Positions 15,758 through 24,316 of a stretch of DNA of 55,613 nt are shown here, piece after piece (position 1 is the stretch's first letter; every line of letters begins with the position of its first letter). This DNA is from a virus (Duplodnaviria > Caudoviricetes), in the IMG/VR virus record IMGVR_UViG_3300042938_000869, positions 1 to 55,613 of that record; one strand, given 5' to 3'. Both the position numbers and the translations under genes were made by a program. The notes under the pieces are model-generated. The model was not told the DNA's origin, ran no database searches, and saw only the letters and a list, made by a program, of their open reading frames with translations.

Positions 15758-18121
15758 ATGGCCTTGACCCCCGGTCTCTCCCCCTCTCTTCGCCTCGTGG
15801 ACCCTGAGAAGGACGAAGCCACCACCCATGTTGGAGACGCCGAAATCGTCGTTGAAGACGCCGACGAAGGGTCTGACACGCCAGACTACGACGAAAAGGG
15901 CAACATCCTGAGCATCGAGCACCCCGACGGCTCGATCACGGTGTCGTTGGACGGTCGACCGGTCGAGGATGCGGCCAATGACGACAATCCCGAGGGCTGG
16001 TTCGACAATCTGGTCGACAAAATCGACGACATGGAGCTTAGCCGCATTTCTGAGGATCTGCTGCGTGGCGTTGATGAGGACGTCACCAGCCGCACGTCGT
16101 GGATCCAAGAGCGCGCCAGCGGGCTGAAGCTGCTTGGCCTGCAGATCGAGCTTCCGACTACGCAGGGAACCACTGATGGCGCCCCTGTGGAGGGGATGAG
16201 CCGTGTGCGGCACCCCATGCTGCTGGAAGCCGTGCTGCGCTTTCAGGCCAATGCCCGGTCCGAGTTGCTGCCGACCGACGGCCCGGTGAAGATTCGCGAG
16301 GACAACAACAACGCCGACCTCAATTCCGATCAGCTTGCCAGCGCGCTCGAGCTAGACCTGAACCATTACCTGACGTCGACGGCAACGGAGTACTACCCGG
16401 ACACCGACCGCATGCTGTTCATGCTTGGCTTCGGCGGGTCCGCGTTCAAGAAGATTTACTTCTGCCCGCTGCGCGGTCGACCGGTGTCCGAAAGCGTGGA
16501 CGCCGATGACCTGATCGTCAACAACTCGGCCACTGACCTCGGCAACGCCAAGCGCATCACCCATCGGATCATGATGCGGGCGAGCACCGTACGCCGGATG
16601 CAGATCCTCGGCGTGTACAAGGACGAAGACCTGTCGACGCCCAACGAGCAGAAACAGGACAGCGTCCGCGATCAGAAGAAGGCCATTCAGGGCATCATGC
16701 CCAACTCAATCCGCCCGGATGACCGAGATCGCGAGATCTACGAGATCTACTGCGAGTTGGATATCCGTGGGTTTGAGCACAAGCGTAAGGGAAAGGTTAC
16801 GGGTCTCGAGATCCCGTATATTGTCACCGTCGACGTGTCGTCCCGCAAGGTGCTGTCCGTCGTCCGGAACTACGACGAAGAAACCAAGGAATTGCCCAAG
16901 GCCCGGCAGAACTTCGTGGCCTACCAGTTTGTGCCCGGTCTGGGGTTCTACGGCATCGGGCTGCTGCACATCCTCGGCAATACCACCAACGCCGTCACCG
17001 CCGCGTGGCGTGAGATGCTGGACGCTGGCATGTTCGCCAGCTTCCCCGGCTTCCTGATGGCCGACACGGGCGCTCGCCAGAACACCAACATCTTTAGAGT
17101 TCCGCCCGGCGGTGGTGCGCTGGTGAAGACGGGCGGCATGCCCATTAACCAAGCCATCATGCCCCTGCCGTACAAGGAGCCGTCTCAGGCGCTGATGGCT
17201 CTGGTCGAGAACATGGCCCAGACGGGCATGCGGATCGGCGGCACATCCGAGATGCAGGTTGGCGAGGGTCGCGCCGACGCTCCGGTCGGCACCACGCTGG
17301 CCATGATCGAGCAGTCCACCAAGGTGCTGAACTCGGTCCACAAGCGCATGCACGCGGCTCAGGCGCAGGAGTTCACCCTGCTGGCGCGGTGCTTCAAGGA
17401 GCACCCGGAAAGCTTCTGGCAGACCAACAATCGCCCGGCATACCCGTGGGACGAACAGACGTTCCTGATGGCGCTGGAATACGTCGATGGGCTGATGGTG
17501 CCGCAGGCGGATCCCAATACCTCCAGCCACGCTCAGCGCGTGATGAAGATCATGGCGCTGAAGCAGCTTCAGGCGGCGAACCCGACTATGTATGACCCCA
17601 TCGCGGTCGACAGGGCAGCGCTGCAGGCGATTGGCTGGAACAATCCTGAGCAGTTCATGGCTCCGCCCTCGGCTCAGGGCAAGCCTCCGCCGGAAATGCA
17701 GCAGGCAATTGCCAAGGCTCAGGTCGAGAAGCAGGACGCTGACACCAAGGCGTTCGCGGCCAAGTCCAAGGCTCAGACGGACATGATCCGGGCTCAGGCT
17801 GAGATGGCCAAGGCCCAGCAGCAGCCCGCGCAGGGCGCCGGTCTGGCGCCGCAGGATCCGTTCAAGGAAAAGCAGCTTGCCCTGAAGGAGCAGCAGATGC
17901 AGTTCCAGCAGGCCCGTGCTGCGGCTGACGATCAGAACCGTGATTTGGACAGGCAGGCTGACGTAACCATGGAGAAGATGCGGCTCGAGGGGGATGCAAT
18001 CAAGGCGTCGTCCGAGCACGCCCACAAGCGTGGACTGGCAGGCGACAAGATCTTGGCCGAGCACATCCGCCATGCCCACGAGCTGTCTGCCCGCACCTCT
18101 GGCGAAGGCACCGAGATATGA
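15758..18121 (+). CDS. Portal protein (P22-like, C-terminal helical barrel)
   Basis: Follows TerL; HPMLLEAVLRFQA, GSAFKK.Y, PG.GFYG.GL.H, APVGTTLAMIEQ; Q/A-rich coiled-coil tail. Confidence 0.9.
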   Translation: MALTPGLSPSLRLVDPEKDEATTHVGDAEIVVEDADEGSDTPDYDEKGNILSIEHPDGSITVSLDGRPVEDAANDDNPEGWFDNLVDKIDDMELSRISEDLLRGVDEDVTSRTSWIQERASGLKLLGLQIELPTTQGTTDGAPVEGMSRVRHPMLLEAVLRFQANARSELLPTDGPVKIREDNNNADLNSDQLASALELDLNHYLTSTATEYYPDTDRMLFMLGFGGSAFKKIYFCPLRGRPVSESVDADDLIVNNSATDLGNAKRITHRIMMRASTVRRMQILGVYKDEDLSTPNEQKQDSVRDQKKAIQGIMPNSIRPDDRDREIYEIYCELDIRGFEHKRKGKVTGLEIPYIVTVDVSSRKVLSVVRNYDEETKELPKARQNFVAYQFVPGLGFYGIGLLHILGNTTNAVTAAWREMLDAGMFASFPGFLMADTGARQNTNIFRVPPGGGALVKTGGMPINQAIMPLPYKEPSQALMALVENMAQTGMRIGGTSEMQVGEGRADAPVGTTLAMIEQSTKVLNSVHKRMHAAQAQEFTLLARCFKEHPESFWQTNNRPAYPWDEQTFLMALEYVDGLMVPQADPNTSSHAQRVMKIMALKQLQAANPTMYDPIAVDRAALQAIGWNNPEQFMAPPSAQGKPPPEMQQAIAKAQVEKQDADTKAFAAKSKAQTDMIRAQAEMAKAQQQPAQGAGLAPQDPFKEKQLALKEQQMQFQQARAAADDQNRDLDRQADVTMEKMRLEGDAIKASSEHAHKRGLAGDKILAEHIRHAHELSARTSGEGTEI

Positions 18122-20139
18122 AGAAGATCACCCGCAGGGCCCTCCTGACTGCAAAGGCATATCGCCCCGGGAAGGCAAGCGGGGGGTATGCTGACGGCGG
18201 CACGCCCGGAAACCTCCCTGCCCGCGTCGTCAACTTCAAGAATTTCTACTCCCGTGGCGCTGAAGCCGCCCGGCAATTGAGCCAGAAGAAGGGCTCCCCG
18301 CAGCAGATGCGCGCCATGCTGGTGAAGGCTGGCGTCAAGCCCGAGGAATTCACCCAGTCAGGCTTCGACGAGGCGTTTTCGGGCAAGCCCAGCGTGACCT
18401 CAGAGGAGCTATTCCAGCACTTCTATAAAAAGATGCCCAACATCGGTGTGGATAAGTTGTTGAGCGAAGACCACTCCAGCTACGACCCCACCGATCCAGA
18501 CGCCGAGGAGACGGCTCAGTTCGAGGATTACACCCTCCCCGGGCATACCAATTACCGCGAGCATCGGTTGAAGCTGCCTGAGACTAACAACAATTTCGAA
18601 GAGAACAATCACTGGCCCGGGCACAAGAATGTGGTGGCCCATATCCGCATGGCCGACCGCATCGAGCCTCCCTCCCATAAGGCGGGTGATCGAATAGTCG
18701 AGAAGATGCTGTCCGATCCAAACCTCACCCAGTCGCTGGGGACGGAGCCCGCCAACTGGGGCAGTGGCGCCCCTGACCTAGCGGTAAGTCGGGGGACCAT
18801 CACCAAAGAGGAAGCGCAGAACCTGTCCCGCGCTTGGGGTTGGCGCAACAATGCGATGAAGGGCTACAAGCCCCCGCGCGCCCTGCACGTCGAGGAGATC
18901 CAGTCTGACTGGGGGCAGGCAGGGCGCAAGCACGGGTTTCAGGATCCAAGCGTTGATGGTCCGTCTGACCGCAACAAGCCGCCGCAGGGTCCCTTTGTCA
19001 ATTCAACGCAGGGCTGGACCAGCCTCGTGCTCAAGCATGCGCTAACCGAGGCGGTAAACGGCGGCTACAACAAGCTGGTGTTCTCTCCCGGGCAGGCGAA
19101 CGCCGACATGTACGGCTTCGATGAGGAGCGGGGGAGCGGCATGAAGTCGTTCTACGATCAAATAATCCCGGCCCAGATGAACAAGCTGGTCAAGAGCCTC
19201 GACCCCGACCACCCCGGGGTGCAGATGTTCTCGCATGACCTGCCAGCCGATTACACCCACACCCGCGCTGCAGGCTATAAGGGCCACGCCCTCGAGATCA
19301 CCGACGGCTTGCGGGACGCCGTCAAACAGGGACTGCCGATGTACAAGGATGGGGGTGAGGTGGAGGGGAAAGAAGGTGGAGATTCGCCAGCCCAAAATGC
19401 GGCTGACCATATCGCACTTTTGCTCCGCGAAGACCGCGCCAAGGAAGTCACTGATGACCTGATGGGTCAGGCTGACCCGAAGCGTCTCCATGAGCATTAT
19501 GAGAGCGGCAACACCGGCATGCAGATGCCGATGGACGAAGATAGCCGCATGGATAGGGCGAAAGCTCTTGGTTTTGACGTAAAAGCATATCGAGGGCAAA
19601 CCGGAGACCCGGGGGCGTCCTTGAATACTGTTAGGACAGAAGGAAAAACTGCTGGAACGGGGGCTTGGGCAACGTCTGACCCAGATATAGCTGCGACATA
19701 TTCCGGCAGGGAAAACCCCGTCTCAATCCCCATGATGATTAAATCGGGTGAATATCAAGCCCATGATTTTGGTGGGAGATTTTGGGGGGATAGTCCGGAA
19801 GGAAAGACCACGGATGAGTTGGCCCGTGCTTCAAGCGCTCCGGGGGTCCAATTCAAAAACATCACTGATGTTGGACCGTATCTTTGGAACCGCGCAAATG
19901 TTCAAAAACGAATTCCTGAGACGGCTGACAGTTTTGCCATAAAAGACCCAAAAACAGTCAGGTCGAGGTTTGCCCGGTTTGATCCGCGCTTGGCGCATTT
20001 GTCACATCTGAGCGCGGCAACTGGTGGCACGATATCTGAAAAGGCTAACGGCGGGGGCGTTAACCGGCATCTGGTAAATTCCACTAATCCCGTGGTACAC
20101 AAAGCCATGGCTTTGGCCCGCAACCTCACGAGGCGGTAA
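18118..20139 (+). CDS. Polyvalent cargo-like protein: GNAT-like domain plus ADP-ribosyltransferase-like domain, separated by xxxGG linkers
   Basis: LHVEEIQSDW...ALTEAVNGGY...GMKSFYD, then RMDRAKALGFD.KAYRG...WATSDPDIAATY...DPKTVRSRFARFDP. Confidence 0.6.
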   Translation: MKKITRRALLTAKAYRPGKASGGYADGGTPGNLPARVVNFKNFYSRGAEAARQLSQKKGSPQQMRAMLVKAGVKPEEFTQSGFDEAFSGKPSVTSEELFQHFYKKMPNIGVDKLLSEDHSSYDPTDPDAEETAQFEDYTLPGHTNYREHRLKLPETNNNFEENNHWPGHKNVVAHIRMADRIEPPSHKAGDRIVEKMLSDPNLTQSLGTEPANWGSGAPDLAVSRGTITKEEAQNLSRAWGWRNNAMKGYKPPRALHVEEIQSDWGQAGRKHGFQDPSVDGPSDRNKPPQGPFVNSTQGWTSLVLKHALTEAVNGGYNKLVFSPGQANADMYGFDEERGSGMKSFYDQIIPAQMNKLVKSLDPDHPGVQMFSHDLPADYTHTRAAGYKGHALEITDGLRDAVKQGLPMYKDGGEVEGKEGGDSPAQNAADHIALLLREDRAKEVTDDLMGQADPKRLHEHYESGNTGMQMPMDEDSRMDRAKALGFDVKAYRGQTGDPGASLNTVRTEGKTAGTGAWATSDPDIAATYSGRENPVSIPMMIKSGEYQAHDFGGRFWGDSPEGKTTDELARASSAPGVQFKNITDVGPYLWNRANVQKRIPETADSFAIKDPKTVRSRFARFDPRLAHLSHLSAATGGTISEKANGGGVNRHLVNSTNPVVHKAMALARNLTRR

Positions 20140-22280
20140 TGGACGACAAGATTTCCCGGGCAATTAACGCGGCCAAGAAGCTTGGTGTCTCGATGAGCTA
20201 TGCGCGGGGGGGTACGCCTCCGCAGCAGGACATGCATACCATGGCCCGGGCATTGGAGCAGGTGCGCGGCACCAACATCGGGCGTCAGGTCGGCATGTAC
20301 CAGAACCAGCCCGCTGGTGAGGCTTTGCAGAGCCTGTACGGGGATCTCATGAGCCTTGCCCGGCAAGGGGCGCCGGGGCGCAGGTGGTACGAAAAGTCGA
20401 GCAAGCGCATCCTCGACTATTTTCATGGCGACAAGAACGAGGCCGACAAGTTCGCCCAGCTTATCGCCATCTACAGCCCGCAGACGACCGTGCCGGTGAA
20501 CACCGGCAACGCTATGAAGGCTTACAACCGCGCGCAAGCTGGTGAGCAGCTTTGGAACGGCGACATCATTGATCGTGACAGGACGTTTGGCAGCATCAAA
20601 GAGGCGAACGAATACTCGCGCAGCATTGGTGGTGAAGGCGCTGGCATCACCAAAGTGCCGCTCGATGATAGCGGAAAGCGGTTCTTGATCGCTCGGCACA
20701 AGCCCGGCAGCTATGAAAACATTGCCACGGCTGACCGCGATCTCAAAGCTCACCTGCTGATGAACGAAAATGTTCCGTTTGAAGGTCGCAAGACCAACAA
20801 TTTCTGGAACAACCTTATGGTTCACATCGACCCGAAGCGGTTGCAGGGCTCGACGCAGGATTTGTGGATGGCTCACGCCTTCGGTTTCCCCGACACGGCG
20901 GTAGGATCTGGTCAGAAGTACACCTTCATGGAGGATATGACCAAGAAGCTGGCCGACGAACTAGGCTGGCGTCCGCATCAGGTGCAGGCGGCGATCTGGA
21001 CGGCCATTAAGACCCGCATGGAGGGTGCCTCTAACGATGCCAAGCGCGAAGCTGTGAACCGAGGCATGGCGCAGATGGTGCCCGGCAATGGTGGCGCATC
21101 TCGGTTTGAGATCCATCCCGGTCGGGAAGACGATTTTTCCGAGCTTCACCGCGAAATGGCGCTGGGCAAGAAAGTGACCCGCAAGGATATCATCAGCAGC
21201 GCCCGAGATTTCTCTGACTTCCTTGATCAAAACCTTGGTTACGTGTCGTGGGAAAGCGCCCCCAGCAAGCAGATTGGCCACCTTAACGGCATTGAGCAGC
21301 TTCCTTCGGCGGCAAAGGCCGAATATCACGGCATGGTTTCAAAGGCATTGCAGGACGAAAAGGGTAACGATCTGCTTGCCAAGTTTCTTCGCATCATGTC
21401 GCCGGGCGGAGTTGATGCCAGTGGCTATTGGCAAGGCGCTTCCAACCCCCAGACGCATATGATGGCGGGCTCTACTCGCGTTAAAGGCGCGTTGCAGAGC
21501 CCCGATATAGACGAATCGTCTAAAAAGATGATGGAGTTATATGCCGCAGCCAAGGGCTTGCTGCATAAACAGGACGGCGTGGGGTATCACCGCCCCTATT
21601 ACAACCCCAAGGTGACGCAGGCGAACGGCATCGAATTTAACTTCGATAATGATGTCACTCCGGATCATATCGTTCGCCTCGGCAAGCACGTGGATGCGCT
21701 TTCCGGTGGCAATGCGGCAGTTATTCCTATAAACAATAGGACTGTTCGCATGCTGAATTTCGGCATTCCGGGCACTGAAAAAGATCAAAGGCCATTCCAC
21801 AAGGCCATGACGACGGCGGTCCAGAGCGCCTTTCCCAACACCCACAACGCTGATGCCAAGATTTTCGCCTCTGATGGCGATTTGATTGGAAACGATTGGA
21901 GTAAAAATCAAAATGGCGAAGATTACATCCGTAAAATTGGCGGGTCCGGACGATCCGATCTTCTCGAATACGTATCAACTGTTCTCGCCCCACGGCTCCA
22001 AGAGGTTGACCGCGCATTCGCCCAAAAACACGGGCTCCAAGTCGACCCCCAAGTCGAAAAAGCAATAGCTACCGCTCACTTGCACCCTCTTGCTGGTGGA
22101 AATCCGGCTTCTCAGCTTGCTCCCGCGCCTCAGCCTTTGACGACTGAATCCACGCAGCCTAATATGCCAACCACCCCGCCAAAATTTAAGCGGGGTGGTT
22201 TTGTGCATTCAAAATTCGGCACTGATGCTGTCCAGAACGCCGTGAAAATCGCAAGGCAGCTTAAACGGGGACGCCCGTAA
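20139..22280 (+). CDS. Polyvalent cargo-like protein with HhH-GPD/DUF7178-like domain
   Basis: RWY...IAIYSPQ....N...GRKTNNF..NL...TQDLWM...Y......LA..LGW.P.QVQAAIW; flanked by YARGG and FKRGG. Confidence 0.55.
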   Translation: MDDKISRAINAAKKLGVSMSYARGGTPPQQDMHTMARALEQVRGTNIGRQVGMYQNQPAGEALQSLYGDLMSLARQGAPGRRWYEKSSKRILDYFHGDKNEADKFAQLIAIYSPQTTVPVNTGNAMKAYNRAQAGEQLWNGDIIDRDRTFGSIKEANEYSRSIGGEGAGITKVPLDDSGKRFLIARHKPGSYENIATADRDLKAHLLMNENVPFEGRKTNNFWNNLMVHIDPKRLQGSTQDLWMAHAFGFPDTAVGSGQKYTFMEDMTKKLADELGWRPHQVQAAIWTAIKTRMEGASNDAKREAVNRGMAQMVPGNGGASRFEIHPGREDDFSELHREMALGKKVTRKDIISSARDFSDFLDQNLGYVSWESAPSKQIGHLNGIEQLPSAAKAEYHGMVSKALQDEKGNDLLAKFLRIMSPGGVDASGYWQGASNPQTHMMAGSTRVKGALQSPDIDESSKKMMELYAAAKGLLHKQDGVGYHRPYYNPKVTQANGIEFNFDNDVTPDHIVRLGKHVDALSGGNAAVIPINNRTVRMLNFGIPGTEKDQRPFHKAMTTAVQSAFPNTHNADAKIFASDGDLIGNDWSKNQNGEDYIRKIGGSGRSDLLEYVSTVLAPRLQEVDRAFAQKHGLQVDPQVEKAIATAHLHPLAGGNPASQLAPAPQPLTTESTQPNMPTTPPKFKRGGFVHSKFGTDAVQNAVKIARQLKRGRP

Positions 22281-22301
22281 CCTAGCTAGGAGCATGCTCT
22301 T

Positions 22302-23633
22302 ATGAGCGAAATGGCGAAAACGGCCCGCAAGGCTATGAAGGAGAAGGCGCAGGGTCGTGCTGCGCCTACCAAGGGAAGCATCGACGCTTCTGGCTGGACC
22401 GAGCCCACGATGAACACCAACGCGAAGGTGGGTATGCGCCCGATCTCGCGTCGTGCGTTCAAGCAGGGCGGCAAGGTTGAGGGTGCGAACGGCGCCCAGC
22501 ATGCCGGCAAGAAGCCGCGCAAGGGCAAGAACTATGGCGGCGAAATGGGCACGCCTGAGTTTGGTCCCGAAGAGGCTGCCCGGATGGCCCGCGAGGCCAA
22601 AATTCGCCGCCTCATCGAAGAAGATGAGGCCGCAAATGCCCCGGTTCCGATGCCGCGCCTTAAGCGTGGCACTGCGAAGCCGCCAATGCCGATGCCGCGT
22701 CGTGACCGCATGCTCGATCAGCTGCCGACGGACCGCCCGTTTGCGCCCGAGAAGCGTGGTGGCCGCACCAACCGCAAGGATGGTGGCAAGGCCCTGACCG
22801 CCGACAGCCTGATGAACCGCGATCTGAAGGAAGCCAACGAAGAGCGCGGCTATCCCCATACCGGCGGCTACAAGAAGGGCGGCAAGATCCACGAAGACGC
22901 CGCCATGGACAAGAAGCTGATCAAGGCCGAGATGTCCAAGCACGGCAAGGGCTGCACCTGTAAGGCTTGTGGTGGGCGTGCGGGCAAAAAGGACGGCGGT
23001 CCCATGGACTACCTGAGCCCCGCAGCCATGGCCATGAAAGACCCCAAGATGCTTTCCCCTGCCGCAATGCTGATGGGCTCAATGGGGAAGAAGAAGGGTG
23101 GCAAGGTCCATGAGGATGCTGCCATGGACAAGAAGCTCATCAAGGCCGAGATGTCCAAGCATGCCAAGGGGTGTACCTGCAAGGCTTGTGGCGGCAGCGC
23201 AGGCTATAAGTCTGGTGGCGTGGCTGATCCGTCGGGGACGCGCCCGACTGGTGGTCGGATGGCTCGCAAGAGCGGCGGTCGCGCCAAGGGCAAGACCAAC
23301 ATTCACATCAACATCATTGCCGGTGAGAAGCATCCGGAGGGCATGGCGCCTCCGATGGGTACCCCCGGCCCGATGCCGCGCCCGCCTATGCCTGTCGCCC
23401 CTCCGATGGCTGGCGGCGCTGGTATGCCTCCCATGGGTCCGCCCCCCGGCCTCATGGGAGGCGCTCCTCCTCCGGGTCTCGGCGTTCCGCCCCCGGCTAT
23501 GGGCCCAATGGCGCGTAAGGCCGGTGGCCGTGTTGGTAACCGCACCTATAGCTCCTACAAGGATATGGATGCGGGTGCCGGTGGTGGCCTCGGTCGGCTT
23601 GAGAAGACCGAGATCCAGAAGAAGAGGAATTAA
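22302..23633 (+). CDS. Basic, low-complexity xxxGG-repeat protein (putative internal head protein)
   Basis: About 13 [RKYF]-[KA]-x-GG motifs, a duplicated H-x3-CxCxxC unit and a Pro/Met-rich tail. Confidence 0.75.
   Translation: MSEMAKTARKAMKEKAQGRAAPTKGSIDASGWTEPTMNTNAKVGMRPISRRAFKQGGKVEGANGAQHAGKKPRKGKNYGGEMGTPEFGPEEAARMAREAKIRRLIEEDEAANAPVPMPRLKRGTAKPPMPMPRRDRMLDQLPTDRPFAPEKRGGRTNRKDGGKALTADSLMNRDLKEANEERGYPHTGGYKKGGKIHEDAAMDKKLIKAEMSKHGKGCTCKACGGRAGKKDGGPMDYLSPAAMAMKDPKMLSPAAMLMGSMGKKKGGKVHEDAAMDKKLIKAEMSKHAKGCTCKACGGSAGYKSGGVADPSGTRPTGGRMARKSGGRAKGKTNIHINIIAGEKHPEGMAPPMGTPGPMPRPPMPVAPPMAGGAGMPPMGPPPGLMGGAPPPGLGVPPPAMGPMARKAGGRVGNRTYSSYKDMDAGAGGGLGRLEKTEIQKKRN
22872..23194 (+). repeat. 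Intragenic ~104-bp imperfect direct repeat
   Basis: 22872-22975 and 23091-23194 both encode KKGGK(I/V)HEDAAMDKKLIKAEMSKH(G/A)KGCTCKACGG. Confidence 0.9.
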
Positions 23634-23731
23634 CACGTCGGTGGTCATGCTCTGACGTGTTACGGGGGCGGGGTTTTCTCTCCAGAGCCTCGCCCCCACC
23701 AACTTGGAGAGATGGAGAGATTATGGAGAGA
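23631..23731 (+). promoter_or_regulatory. Two-hairpin leader with anti-SD loop and triplicated TGGAGAGA
   Basis: Stems at 23631-23662 and 23664-23697 (loop CTCTCC). TGGAGAGA at 23705, 23713 and 23724. Confidence 0.6.
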
Positions 23732-23908
23732 TTAGCTTCGGAGCTTCAGAGGCTCATTGAGCAGAATATCGAGGCGCTTCGTGACAGCGTCTGCGCTGGC
23801 CTGCTGGCAGACATGCAGGACTACAAAAAACTCACAGGGCAGATCGAGGGGTTACGCATGGCGTTGACTTTGCTCGAGGCAGCGCGTGAGAATGTACTGA
23901 AACGTTGA
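23723..23908 (+). CDS. Small head-assembly-region protein
   Basis: MERLASELQRLIEQ...DYKKLTGQIEGLRMAL; precedes GroES. Confidence 0.7.
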   Translation: MERLASELQRLIEQNIEALRDSVCAGLLADMQDYKKLTGQIEGLRMALTLLEAARENVLKR

Positions 23909-24306
23909 TGGAGAGAAACGTGCCTATCACTTCAATGCATCACGACGAGGATCCTGCGAAGGACATCGTTGACAGAGTTGGGAATATTTCCGGCTTCGAC
24001 CTGTTTGGCCCCAAGGTGCTGGTCGCAATTTACGTGCGCCCTGAAAAGACCAAGGGCGGCATCTACCTCACTGACAAAGTCCGTGACGAAGACCTATATC
24101 AGGGGAAAGTCGGCTATGTGCTGAAGGTTGGCCCCGGCGCCTTTGCCGACAGCGAGTGGTTTGGAAACGTCCAGATCAAGGCGGGCGACTGGGTTGGTTT
24201 CCGCGCCTCGGATGGCGCCACACTGGTCGTCAATGGCGTGAATTGCCGGTTGCTGGAAGATGTCCGCATCTACGGCAAGGCTTCGCACCCCGATTTGATT
24301 TTCTGA
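23908..24306 (+). CDS. groES: Co-chaperonin GroES/Cpn10-like
   Basis: KVLV...PEKTKGGIYL...GYVLKVGPGA...IKAGDWV. Alternative start GTG 23920. Confidence 0.85.
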   Translation: MERNVPITSMHHDEDPAKDIVDRVGNISGFDLFGPKVLVAIYVRPEKTKGGIYLTDKVRDEDLYQGKVGYVLKVGPGAFADSEWFGNVQIKAGDWVGFRASDGATLVVNGVNCRLLEDVRIYGKASHPDLIF

Positions 24307-24316
24307 GGAGAGGCTT

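Noticed and set aside
16706-18079. Long antisense ORFs (also 27004-27966, 37224-38405, 43319-44461, 46319-47938 and others)
   Set aside because: These are shadows of high-GC coding genes on the opposite strand, with no recognisable motifs.
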